DNA from: Balanoglossus misakiensis
Lineage: Eukaryota > Animalia > Hemichordata
Reading direction: 5' to 3'
DNA length: 64,000 bases
Assembly (NCBI GenBank): GCA_040954595.2
Contig: CM082595.2
Location: forward strand, 3,705,943-3,769,942
Made by a program: the position numbers and the translations under genes. This document shows, in pieces, positions 37,141 through 50,346 of this stretch. Within the stretch, counting starts at the first letter, position 1, and each line of letters opens with the position of its first letter. The notes beneath the pieces are model-generated. The model was not told the origin of the DNA and did not search any database. It saw nothing but the letters and a program-made list of their open reading frames with translations.

Positions 37141-39673
37141 ATGAGTGTTTTTAAACCAAAGCAGCTGAATCAGTTTTTCCGACATTATCACAGTCATCTG
37201 CAAGTCAGAAACCTGACAAAGTCAGCAAGCAAAAGGTATGGGTGGCAGCGAGGGCTGGCAGCTTCGAGCTCCCTGACCCCAGCCGTCCTATCCGTGCCAA
37301 GCATTGCCACTTCCCAACTGAGGAGTTTCCAGACCTCGGGTCGGAGCCTTTCCGACCTCGAACTGACAGCTGTGAGGTATGGCGTTGAGAGGGGCAACTA
37401 TGCAGAAGTCACTGAGGGAGATTTGAAGTTTTTCCGGGACTTGATGCCAACCAGAGTGATAACGGATGAGCAGGAGATTGCTGCTTACAACCAGGACTGG
37501 GTGAAAATGTGCAGAGGTCTGTTGAGTGATGCATGATCCCCCTATTTGGATGTTGAGGAGTCCAGTTTTACCATTTAAAACAATGGGGAGAAGACCAAAC
37601 AATTATGGTGGGAGGGGGTTAGATGTTGTGGGTTGAAGAGCCTTCATAATTGCTGCACAAGCCAAATGTCTTTGTGTCTTCCTGTTGATTGTGTATTGAT
37701 TCCTATCTCCACAGGATCCAGCAAAGTGCTACTGAAACCCAGAACAACAGAAGAAGTTTCCAAAATTCTGGCCCACTGTAACTCCAGAAATCTGGCGGTG
37801 GTTCCGCAGGGAGGTAACACTGGACTGGTTGGTGGTAGCGTTCCAGTGTTCGACGAAATCATCATTTCAACTGCCTTGATGAACAGTATTATCAGTTTTG
37901 ATGATATCTCAGGTAAAGAGTGTTGCTATGATATAGATTTTTACCAAGTGGACATCATTGTCTTCAGGTTTTGATCAAAATTTGAGAAAAATTTGGAAAA
38001 AAGTTATGAGGTTTTATTTTTTGAAAATGTCGACAAGTTATAGGGTCAAAAGAGTTAACACTAGGCTGTGTCTTTGCAGGTGTGCTGATGTGCCAAGCTG
38101 GATGCATCCTGGAAAACCTGGAACAGTACGCAATGGATCACGGATACGTGATGCCCCTGGATCTGGGCGCCAAGGGAAGCTGTCACATCGGCGGGAATGT
38201 CTCCACGAATGCCGGCGGTATCCGACTGGTCAGATACGGATCGTTGCATGGCAGTGTTCTGGGTCTGGAAGTGGTGAGGGTCCTGTTCGTCACTTGAGGG
38301 CACTACGACTGTAACCTCCACAAACTATGCATACATGTATCGCAGATTGTTCCAGCATAAGGGCATACAAAGCAGCAGATATAAATTTCTAACAATGTAT
38401 CTCTTTTCTCTCAGGTTCTGGCTGACGGTACCATAGTGGACTGCATGTCGGCCATTCGAAAAGACAACACAGGATACGACCTGAAACAGCTGTTCATCGG
38501 AGCCGAGGGAACTCTGGGTATGATCACGTCCGTGTCTGTTCTGTGTCCACGGCGACCGAAGTCTGTCAACGTGGCATTTCTAGGTAAGTTCCTCTGAGCT
38601 CCAGAATCAATTAGTGTATTGATATTTTTACGCGTATTTTCATGTATTCACCTGTAATTTTCACCTACTATGTTGACAGGTTGCAACTCATTCGACAATG
38701 TACTTGGTACATTCAAAAGCGCAAAAGAGATGTTGGAGGAGATTTTATCGGCCTTTGAATTCTTGGACCAGTCTTGTATGGAGGTAACTTGCAATTCACA
38801 TTCCGAATACAATAGCTGACAGTTTTTGACATACTTTTGTTTGCTCTTGCAATGGTTGGCTGAATAAACTGGTGTGGCACCCATTTAGCATTTAAACATC
38901 TAAATGCTTGTTTGGTTTATTCTACTTCCATGGCGACAGATGTTGACAAAATATCTGAATATGACCAACCCACTGAGCGACTACCCATTCTATGTCCTTG
39001 TGGAGACGTCTGGATCAAGCGCAAAGCACGACGAAGAAAAACTCCTTGCCTTTCTGGAGACTGCCATGGGGTTGGAGAATGTCGCTGATGGTACCATGGC
39101 AACGGACATTGGCAAAGTCAAGGTGTGGTAAACGTGTCACAGAATTTCTCATGAGCATTGTTAGCTTGGATTTCTCTAAAGTTTAAGGTACCTTGTACAC
39201 ACTAAAAATTCAGTGCATGATTTTCAGTCAGATTAATTTTTTGTCCACAGGCAATTTGGAGTCTAAGGGAACACATTGCGGAAGCACTGATGCATGATGG
39301 GACAGTATATAAATACGACGTTTCCCTGCCGACCGATAAAATCTACAGTCTGGTCGAGGCCATGCAGGAGCACCTCGGCGACGACGTCAAAAACGTCGTC
39401 GGATACGGTCACCTGGCCGACGGCAACCTCCATCTGAACATGACCTCGCCTTCCCACAGTCCCCAGCTGCTGGCCAAGATCGAGCCCTTCGTGTACGAGT
39501 GGGTCGCAAAGCATAAAGGGAGTATCAGCGCCGAGCACGGACTGGGGTTCAAGAAGAGGAACTTCATCCGCTACAGCAAGTCGGACGCGGCTGTCCAGCT
39601 GATGCTGAAGATGAAGAAACTGATGGATCCAAAGGGGATTCTCAATCCCTACAAGACGATGCCGGACTCTTGA
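37141..39673 (+). CDS. D2HGDH: D-2-hydroxyglutarate dehydrogenase, mitochondrial; 7 coding exons
   Basis: Exons 37141-37516, 37715-37912, 38080-38273, 38415-38583, 38680-38783, 38940-39122 and 39251-39673. Motifs [78 protein letters not shown] and [10 protein letters not shown]. Basic N-terminal transit peptide. Confidence 0.97.
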
Positions 39674-39728
39674 AGATGGCGGACGGAAAGTATTTGACGA
39701 TTGCTGCATCTTTAAGTTGATGACACTC

Positions 39729-39820
39729 TTACCCTTTCACCTCCATGGTTTGGTCCAAATCCACTGTTTTCTATGGTAAACCTGGACCGCTATAGAGGGA
39801 AATGGGGGTTAAAGGGTTAA
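39729..39820 (+). mobile_element. ~90-bp TTAA-flanked (piggyBac-type) MITE in the D2HGDH 3' UTR
   Basis: Ends ttaccctttcac...aaagggttaa. Internal ccatggtttggtccaaatccactgttttctatgg is shared with other copies in the window. Confidence 0.75.
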
Positions 39821-40544
39821 AGAATGGACAAAAATCATATGGGACTTGAAGGACTGGAAAGGATTTGCTGACAGCGAAGAGAACTTGCCTTGAGGCTGCA
39901 GAATCATCTGAATGCCAAGTTTTCAATTGTCTGGGAAATAACATAATGATGTAGTGAAGTCAGTGTACCAGTATACATTTGGTGTGATTAGATACCCCCT
40001 TTCGCCACCAGACATTAGACTAATCCTCCATTGTTATTAATGGCGGATGGCAGGATTCATTCCCAGGGTATAGGGGTGAAAGGGGATAATATAATATTCA
40101 CATTATGATGTCATACACTCAAAGGAAATCAGGAGATGCCAAATTATTAGGAAACCATTTTATTGATTCTAATATGCAAATAATGAGAAAAAATTATGTT
40201 TGAAGGGCTGGCTGAATATATAGAGTACTAATAGTAGAGTTATTTTAAGATAACACAAATTCAACTAAGACAATAACAGGTAACAAGGTATTTTATTTAC
40301 ATATATAATCAAAAGTGGTAAATACACAATGATTGTATGCCTGTGTGCTGTAGTTTTTGTTGAATCTCACAGTTTTGTGTGGTGTATCCCTCAAAGTCCA
40401 ATAATATCTTTTACAAATGAAATATAAAGTGGTGAAGTGCAATTATTGACCTCATCTAGATATGTGGAAATATACAGTGCCTCTGATTGGCCAATACTGA
40501 ATAAAAGCGTCTCTGATTGGCCAATACTGAACAATCCGTGCTGA

Positions 40545-41156
40545 TTACAGGTCGATCGGTTTTGACTCTCTGTCGTCATGGCAGTTCTTACAGCTGCATC
40601 TTTGCACCATTTCCACCATTTTGTCCACCTCTTCCATACCATCGACGTCACAGTCCAGGGTGATCTGTTGGGAATATTAAAATAATCACAATCTGTTAGA
40701 GACAGAACAAGGTGTACAAAGGTGTGGATATCCATGGTTTGGTCTAAATCTATTGTTTTCTATGGTGAAGTTGGACCTCTGGAAATAAGTCACCATACTA
40801 ATCCCCCCCCCCCCCCCGAAATCAAACAGTAACACCAGAAGGCCTACCTTCTGCCACGTGATCACGGACGGCTTGCAACAATCACAGTAGTGCAAGTCTT
40901 CCTTGTTCGGCGTTGGGGGCACTGTTCTCGGTATCCTGTAGCTGAAGCACTGGCCGACGCACACTTTGTTGTCGATGGTTTTCGACGTGCAGCCCTCGTG
41001 CCCGACGATCTGGCGGATGTCCTGCGCCTCGCACCACGCCGCTTTCTCCGGGAACAGCACCAGCGTATCGACGTGATGCGCCTGGTTGTTGGCCGCCATA
41101 GTGAGCGTCACCGTGGTAACCAATATGGCGATGCGTAAGAAGACCGGGCGGACCAT
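40545..41156 (-). CDS. NBL1: Neuroblastoma suppressor of tumorigenicity 1 / DAN, a secreted cystine-knot BMP antagonist; 2 coding exons
   Basis: Exons 41156-40848 and 40664-40545. Signal peptide, then LFPEKAAWCEAQDIRQIVGHEGC...CVGQCFSY...ITLDC...VDKMVEMVQRCSCKNC, matching recalled human NBL1 ([23 protein letters not shown]). Acceptor just upstream of the ATG (41161); probable 5' UTR exon ending at 43801. Confidence 0.93.
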
Positions 41157-44100
41157 ATTTCCTGGGGAAAAGGAAGAGTGCAGTGGTCGTTATATAAACA
41201 ACCAGAGGAAATGTTGGCTTAAGGAATGTAAATGCCTCTTAATAAAGATAACATTTCACATGTCTACTTGAGAGGTCAAAAGGTTACATTTCAAGACGAA
41301 GAAGTGGCGATGGTGACGCTCGTCATGCTGGGCGAGGTGCATGCCGGGAATATAAACCCCGAAATGGGCTGGGACTTGTATTGCAATGGCTAGTACTCGG
41401 CGAGTAACGAGAATTCCTTGGTGTATCAACGAGCAAAACATGTTTGTTGAATTGGAGCGGTTTTTTTTCCTTTCTTTTTCACGACCGGGCATTCACAACA
41501 TTTCAAAACATACACAACACAGTCGGATACACAAGACACTTGCACTGTGTAAAATATAGACAGAAGTTTAAATTGGTTGTGAGTTTCAAACAACAAGTCG
41601 TGGGTGTTTGGGTTTGGACAGGGCGGCGTGGATATAAAGTTTCATGGCGGCTAAAGTGAGGGGAATTTTAATCTAACACAGACTTCGGAAACTGTTAAGC
41701 AGTTGACATGCCTTCCCGGACAATTCCGGTGTATTTGAGGCAGACTTGACAACGGACGAATAGGAAAACATCTTTGATGGGTTAATCGTGACGTGCTTCT
41801 CAGATTTTACACGATGCGGAGCGGTCGGAAATTGGCCTCACAAAGAGAACTCGTCGGTGAAGTGACTCAGAAATTGACCACATCCGTGCAAAAAAACAAC
41901 AACAGCAGATGTCTTCATAATCGGCCTTCTTTGAGCAGCTTTCAAAGAGTCTTTCAAAAGGGAATTTACAAACAATTCAAAATCAATCAGTGGTTTTGAA
42001 GAGGTTGCTGATACACTGGTCATGTGCTGAACGAATATAGGATTTTACTATGTAAACTTTCAAGGTTTTAGCCTAATTACAGTTACAACAGATGCGATCA
42101 CGCGTTGATAATTACTGCGTCTATGCTCCGTCTGCAAGCCATTAAAATCATCCTACACATGTACCGGGACCAGACAGTATTTGTATGAGTCTGCGATGAT
42201 TATCATTGCCTGAAAACACGGTAGATTGGACACGCAAGGCCTGATGTGCTGATGGAGGGGCGTTGATTATACAATGGCCAGCGACGCGAGGGAGGGATAA
42301 CATCTGATAAACTCTCTCTCTCTTTCTCTCTCTCAATATAACTATAACTAGCAAGGTCTGGGGGCTGCACCATCATGAGGAGTGTCTGTACAATCTTCAA
42401 GACATGTCACTCCCATCACATCAATAGCGGACACTAATGGAAACCCCTCCTTGTTTGTTCAACTGTTCAGTTGAGTGCCGTTGCCGGATAATACCTGTTC
42501 CTTTCAGGCTTTTCGGGCCCATTCGGTCACGCATGTGTGCGGCCATCGCATGAGACGTGCTTGACTCGAGAGCTCTTGTGTTCTTTGTGAACAGAATGCA
42601 TTTGAACTGACGACGTCTTCAGGGGAAAGATTCTTTTATCGCGTGATTAAAAATTCTCGTTCACTGACGTGTGCGAATTTTTACGCATTTGTTCACCCAA
42701 CGGGTGAGAGTCGCGATTCCTGTGATCCGATACCTTGCAGTTAAACTTTATCCCTGTTTTATTTGTTTGTAGAACGGAGAAACAAAGTCCGCTATCTAAT
42801 TTACGCTGTTCGCCCAACGGGCAGGCATTTAACACTGATGACAGACTGGACAAGCAATAACAGAGAGCTCGAACGATATACAGAGATCGACTCCGAAGAT
42901 TGGTGACAATATACATGTAGTTTGAATAAATTATACTTCGACGTGTCAAATGTTTAACACCGACAGCTTCGTTGAATAGCTAGGAAAGCTATGCGAACCG
43001 GAGGTCTATTATCTTGAACGATATTACGTGATAATTGCGCTAATTATATGTAATTAGACTATTGTGTAATTATTTTCTCAGTGTATTGTCTTTGTAACCA
43101 TATCTGCGTCTTAGTTCCTCCATTTTACACATATGCCAAAATGCCTCACTACAATACTTCTACAATCGATGATATGTGATGGCAACTTTCTCATAATAAT
43201 TTTAACATTGAACTACATACATACTTAGCAACGATGCATCACAGGTTTTCTATAGCAACCCACCGTTCCAAAACCCTTATTCCAGAGTTGAGAGTTTAGT
43301 TACTTTTTAAACATGGCACAACGATTGAAGCTTCAAAACAAGGGTCGGAGAGACTCTTCAAAGAAAGTAAGCTACATCTGCAACGCAGCATCTGATACCA
43401 ACGCACGCATGCGTTTACACAAACAGGGCAGATTTCGACCACATGGAAATATTTCCATGTTTACGAGAGAGCAACATCCTCGGATCTGGTTTTACTTAAG
43501 AAGCCCTCGCTGACAGTTAATGGGCGACCGGGATCAACCAGAACTGCCCGGCCACTATACACCAATCCACGATTGACATAGAACACACGTACGCCGACAT
43601 CAAAACATGTCAGATGCCCGACTGAGGATCGAACGTACAACGACTCAACTTGGTAATTGGACAATTGAGTGCACCACCACAGTATGCAGTCGCTCTGTAC
43701 AGTAAAGTGCGTATCCGTTATAAAAAAAAAACTTGTCCTTTTAGAAGCGTCCTAATCAACAACTAACGCAATCTAAATCTATTACTAAACTCTTTCTCAC
43801 CTTGTTCTTGTTGGCGCGAATATCTGCGTTGGCTCCCCTTTCTTCAGTGGAGCTAATTGCCTTCCGTCTGTTGTCACAGTTGGCTCCGAACTCGCTAGGC
43901 CAGTCTTTTCAGCCTTCGCATCGGCGTCTTCCTGCTCAAGGCGCGTCAAAACTTCTTCTCAAAAAAAAAATCCGCGGTGTCGAATAAACTACTGAGAATT
44001 TTCACTCAGAGGATCGAGCATCGGTTGGGTAACTTATATCCAGAAGATGGCTGTCCAAAATTGAAGGTTGTTGTCTTTGAGACTTCCAGTGCAGCGCGCT

Positions 44101-45212
44101 GACGAATTACGAGCGGCGAGAAAGTACTTGCATTCACTTAACTCTTAATGGCCGGGTTTATTCAAAGAGGGTATTGTTGAATTCCAATAATGCAAAACCA
44201 ACTAAACAACACCACACAAACCCACCACGACTATTTGCATACACTAATAGCTGGTATGATGTCCTCAATAATGCGAGCAGACGACACGGTGTCTGGGGCA
44301 TTCCATTTCAGAACCAAAGGGGATACAAGAACTGGTGTAAGAGGGATATATTTTAGAAAGTGGTCCCGTCATGAAGAACCGACACTTGAGAACCGATAAC
44401 CAAAAGTGTGTACGCGTGCGCATAAGTTTGCAACCGGTAGAAATTGTCAGGCGCGATAGAAAAAAACACGCAAAACTGCTGTCAGAAAAATCGTAAGTAG
44501 AAAAACAACAAGAACCCGACGATTGTACAAAAGACAACAGAGCATAATCGACCAATCGCAAGCGCGCACTGTGTTCCACCTGTTTCAGGTGCGGGGAAAG
44601 TAATTGACCAATCCGAATTGCCGAGACGAAAGAGTGACGACCGCTCGATTGCCACGTGCACCATGTCAGTGCATGCAATCCGAACTGTTTGTCCGCAGTG
44701 CAATTTACATTTTTAGCTGAAACGCAGAAACTATATGGTCGACGCTATTACAGTACATGCATTATTAAGACACGCTTACTGTAGTACGAGCTTACCTCTC
44801 CTTCCAGGTCTTCAAACCTCTCGTTTCTGATCTTCCAGACGACCGACTGGTTCCTCTTTTTATATGACTTCTGAAATGATTTCACGCTCCTCCGGATAGC
44901 CAAATAAAATTGAGACCTATACATAACTGTGACAAACGATTGGATTATACCTGACTATTTTCGTGAGCGCTACGTCAGATGGTCACGGAACAAGACGTAC
45001 ATGCAGGCGGATAAGTCTGGCCCTTGCCCCATTCCCACCGCTGGCTGCGCTTTCCTTTTTGCGTTTCCGTTCCGTCGCCTGCGCACGCGCAAGTATGCAA
45101 ATGAGAAACAACTCCCCAGTTTGTGGAAAAATTTTTGCAAGGAAGGTTAATCTTCATGCCATCTTAGAATTCACACCAATGAAAAGGTACAGAACTGTAT
45201 TAAAAGTGTGTG

Positions 45213-45259
45213 ATAGAAGACAATGGATTTGGACCAAACCATGGTGTTGAAAGGGTTAA
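45213..45259 (-). mobile_element. Partial TTAA-MITE copy in the IL1R-like 3' UTR
   Basis: Minus strand reads ttaaccctttcaacaccatggtttggtccaaatccattgtcttctat, starting 19 nt after the stop. Confidence 0.7.
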
Positions 45260-45277
45260 TTAAATAAAGAAAGCCTG

Positions 45278-47866
45278 TTACACATTCACAGTTCTTTCTG
45301 CTAGTTCATGACGTGAATCTCCATTTACAATGTTCAGTAGTTTGATGTGCAGCTTCTTCCACAGTTTGGCCGTGTAACTCGAGTTCCCTTCTCTCCATCT
45401 CAGACAACGGGTGACCCCCAGCACGTGCTTCAAGGCTTTGTCCATCTCGTTCTCGTGTCCGCGAATGTCCTCTAAAATCAGGATGATCAGCTTGCTGTTG
45501 AGCCGGATGGTGTTCTCCAGGGCGACGCGAAATTGGAAAGTACACCAGCCCTCGCGACCAGTCAGATAGCGTGGGGACAGCAGAAGCAGACAGCAGCGAC
45601 TTCTTTCCACAAAGTGGACGACTTCATCTGCATAAACTGCAAGAAATGAATATAGATTTGTGACATCCAGAAGTTTTGACAACAATGTTACCTTACATTA
45701 TCATTTCTAATTTCCATTGCCTTGGTGGTGTAAGGGTGTTAGTCACCTTGTAAAAAAGAAGTTAGCATCGATATAAAAGCACAGGCAGAAATTGCTGTTT
45801 AAAAATTGTCACTTTACTCTATACTACAAGTAACCCAGGTAACGTCTCACCTGATCCTGGCAGGAAATTCCTGTCTTCGATCCTCACTTCAAACCCCCAT
45901 TCGTTCTCCAACTTTGGTAGAATATGATTCTTGATGAATTTGAGGTCATCCTGAGCGTACGACACGAAAATATCGAATGGTTTCTTTTCTGTAACAAATG
46001 AACAATAAACTGCTGTTTACTATTTAAACATGTCACTGACATGAAGAAATTATTTCAAATTCAAAATGGCCGCCAATCTCTGTGTTAAGTCTATGGAGAA
46101 AATGCGTGTATAGACTACCACTTGCCTTCATGACACGCCTTGTTGCTACGGCAGCATCGTTGACGCATGCGTAGGTGATACAGCAACTGTATATCGAGCC
46201 AAAAATACCATGCTACAACTGTCACTATGGCAACTGCTGAAATCAGTATGACGAGGATGATAAATAAATGTAGAAACACGCGCATGGGTAAAGGTTCTGG
46301 AAAACCTGGAGAGAAAAAAGAAGAAGCAAACTTAGCTTTAGTCAACTTTGGCAAGGCAAATTCATGAGCTGAATTTTAAAACAGCCAGTTACACCAAACC
46401 AATTAATTAATTAAAATGTAATTACCTTCATTTAAATGAATCATGATCTCCCTCCCATCAACGTCATTTTCAGCATGCAGTATGAATGTACCAAGGGCGT
46501 CACGGTGTAAGTTGCTAATACTCAGGTATGACGACACATAGTTACCTTGGTCCCTGCAGGAATATATAGTACATGTAGATGTGTCAATTTATACATTTAT
46601 GTAAAATGTCAAAGATAAAATTATTGGATAGTATTTGCATTAACATGACATAATTTACCTGGTGTCCCGTTTTTCACGAAATACTGACTTCTTGAAGGAG
46701 TTCAGCTCATCGATATAAGATCGGTTGCTAGGGAACCCCTCCTCGATTTTCATCCAATAGAGGTGCTTGCCATGGATACTGCCTGGTCCAAAGTAGAACT
46801 CGCAGTGAAAATGAACATCGATGTCCTGGTCGAGAATCACTGATTTGTTTCGACAGTGCGGCGGTGGCGTGAAGATTGGACCATCATTCAAAAGTGGGGC
46901 TGCAGAAGAAGAAAAAACAATGGGATTTTAAGTTGAAACATTGGGGGCGCCCAACACAACATAACGTACGCGTTTGTACCTATTAATAATTAATAAATCA
47001 ATATTTAGAAACGGAGCCAATACAACTTACGTAGAACCTGCAACCAGACATCAGCCCTCAAGAACTGCGAATTCGGCCCGCTTACTTGACAAGTGTAGTT
47101 CGACTGGTCCGAATCAACGATACTTTGGAAAACGAGACTTTGGTTGTTGTTGATTGGGTCTGGGTAGACTTTGTTTCTGTCAATCCCTCTCCAGGGGTAC
47201 GGTTCAGAGTTCTTGAACCAAATGATGCGAGTGTTGTAAATGTTGACACAGCAATGAATTGCTTTGTAGTGTTCCTCTGTGGCAAATTCCACGGACGCCA
47301 TTTCGTTCATGAAAGCTAGTTCCTCGTCTGTTAAAGAAAGAAGTGCACAAAAAGAATAAGTGAAAACTTCTTATTCCCTGTAAAAAATATTTGCATGTAT
47401 TTGGGACACTGTTTATAAAGCATGTCCCTTTGCCTAAGTACATCCACAGTTACCTGTATCTCATGATCCGCGTAAACACACCTAATTTTAAATTGTTTGT
47501 TAATATTAAAGTTTGTGTTTATGATTTTAAATAAAATAAAGAATCAGTGAAAAGCTGTTCTGTATTTATAGAAGTGTTTTGGTGCACAGTCAGTTAAATA
47601 CTCAACACATATATGATTGATTGATTGATTGTGGTAATTGAAAAAGACGCGCGCGGAAATCAGTAGAGATTTAGATAAACCAAAATGACCTTTAAAACTT
47701 ATATACGGACGGTTAAGGTGTCAACGAACTTATACATACCGACTGCAGGTGGGTGGCCAGTGCCAAGACATCTTAAAGAATTGCAGTAGTTACTGGCGTC
47801 GACAAGTGACAACACACTGATGACCAACAACGTCTTGAGACTCTTGGAAGATTTCGAGACGGTCAT
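45278..47866 (-). CDS. Interleukin-1-receptor-like protein (signal peptide, 2 Ig domains, TM, TIR); 7 exons
   Basis: Exons 47866-47740, 47327-47031, 46899-46659, 46553-46426, 46305-46126, 45988-45851 and 45636-45278. Ig motifs IIWFKN, DQSNYTC and LYWMK. TM LFIILVILISAVAIVTVVAW. TIR motifs FDIFVSYA, DRNFLPG, LLLLSPRY and WKKL. Intron 5 needs a GC donor to stay in frame. Confidence 0.88.
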
Positions 47867-48703
47867 TCCACCAAATTCCGTCGATACAGCAACTGGACTG
47901 GTCGGTCTTAAGCGTGGACGCTCACGTAATTCGGTAGTGGTAACGCGCGTCTGAACCGGATCCTTGCGCGCGCGCGACAATGTCTCCAAGCACGCGCTTT
48001 CTTCGCTTCGTACAGAAAAGGGGAAGTTCGGGGATTTGCAATCTGAAAAGTTGTCCTCAAGATATTCACTGCCGCTTCCCCATTCCTTTCAAAGGCTACC
48101 CCACTTCACATTTCTATCACCTCCAGACATCCGGGAACGCCGGAAATAACATCCGCAGTGATATAAGAATTCATGTCTTGATTGCGTGTTGTCAATATCT
48201 GCGCTCCGCGCGTGGTGTCATTTCAGCCCCAATCGGATAAATTTCAGCAGTGGAGACAGGCTTTTTTAAACCTTTGCTCAGATTCAGTTGTTTTCATTCA
48301 GCTGTTGTCACGTTTTCTTTATACAAAAGTTTTATTACTTTGCAAAAAAAGATGGGTAACATTGAGTAAAAGAAATATTTACAATAACCAAAGTTGTCCA
48401 CAAACCCAGTAATAATGTATATTTTACTCTTTAAGACTCTTCATAGCTGAGGCATATTGCATTGACACCAGGAGTCTGTTCAATTCACTGTTCATGAACT
48501 GCACGATCTGATTGGTCACTTCAACCACAACATCTCTTCTGATTGGTTAATAATGCAAGGTTAGCGCTATCTCTTTTCTGATTGGCAAAGCACAAAATGG
48601 GTGGAAACAAGTGCATGAATAATTTTACATAAATTATGTTCTTGTGAAGCTTTGAGAAATAGACATTACAATTTTTGATATTCAATCATTACAGCTATTG
48701 TCC

Positions 48704-48812
48704 ATTCAATAGTGACATCACTTCCTCCTTGATTCAATAGTGACATCACTTCCTCCTTGATTCAACAGTGACATCACTTCCTCTTTGATTCAATAGTGAC
48801 ATCACTTCCTCC
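48704..48812. repeat. Minisatellite, about 4 x 28 bp (attcaatagtgacatcacttcctccttg)
   Basis: Four near-identical tandem units. Confidence 0.95.
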
Positions 48813-50346
48813 AGAAAGAAATCACAGAAAGAGCATTTCCTTCACCCAGTTTCTATCAAATCATAGAGTGGAAAAAGTCAATTTTTCAGAAACGAGAAAA
48901 GCTTGCAACCACAAACTACACTACATCATAAATTAATTCGGAAATCAAGAACATATATAGTTAAATACTAATGTGAACATTATTTGAAATCTTCATGAAA
49001 TTTACATCTTTTATATTTCAAAAAATACATAAAAAAACATTGCAATGCAACTGGCATATCATATAAGTGGCATATTCTTCAATTGAAACCATGAACTAGC
49101 TCAGGTTGGAAGGTAACATGGAATGTTATGACCGAAAGCTGGAGTTGTCCAAGCACATTAATTATGCAGAGACCAGTACACCGTTAACCAATGGCAGGCA
49201 CTCACTTATGACATCATCTCATGAATATTAAATAGCAATGGCATCCTTGCAGAACAGGCCAGTCTACTGTACATGCTTAAAGCAGTACAAGGTGAATAAT
49301 ATAGTGAGTTTGAGGTTAAACTTTCAGGCTGGGGTCAAGGTCATTGCCGAGGTTTAAAGTCATGCAAGGTCATGCAAATAGCAGTGAATTTACTTCCAAG
49401 CTAAGGTCACACCAACAATTAAAATTTGGGGAGGGTACATATCATGGAAGACAATTATGTGTGAGACCACACTTCATGGGAGATCCGTAATCTATGCATA
49501 GTTGGGTACATGCAGTGATATTCGGCTAGGTGCGACAAAAAATCGAGCTGTTCTCTGGTGATTGTCCGTAACTTTTTCAAGCCATTTTAAATGGTAATGA
49601 TATGGTGTGCTAACCAATGAGAATGAACATACTTTTGACATCATTGTCTCATGAATATCAAATAGCACTGCAATCTTCACAGAACTGAAAAATCAACGAC
49701 TTAAAGTCACCCAGCAAAGGATGTGACATCAACAGTGTTATCAAGGTAATACATGAGTAATAAAAATGTCCTGAGACCTCCCAAAGCCATTCTACAGGTC
49801 GATGTCACCACAGCATATAACACATCACTTAGTACACATTCGCACATCTGGAGACCTATCACTGTTACACATTATTACAATTACAATATGAACATGGAAA
49901 ATACTGGCATAATTTTCAAGTTCAACATATCATAAATATTAGTTTCCTCAGATTTTGGAATACGGCATCTAAGCTCTGGATCCTTCAATATGCAACATCA
50001 GACCTCTTAATTTAAATCACATTTTATGTACGCTCTACCATTGCAGAATGAACAGCATCACAACACTACCAAAGAAAATTTCTTTTGTTTTACAAATCTA
50101 TCCCACCACACATTTATTGATAGAAATTATTGAACTATTTTCTGCCCTACAAATAACATATCTTTTTTTTCTGATTTTTTCACTGATTTTCAGACAGGTG
50201 GGTTAGGGTGGTATGGTAAATAGACTAGCAGATTCTACCCCCAAAGATATATCACCAAATCAAGGGTAACTAAGCCTCATTTGTTTTTCTTCAGCCTTAA
50301 TCTTTAACCCCCCCAAAAAGATATACTATCATATCAAGAGTAAGCC

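Noticed and set aside
48704-48812. 28-bp repeats resembling a CRISPR array
   Set aside because: Units are head-to-tail with no spacers, there are no cas genes, and the context is eukaryotic.
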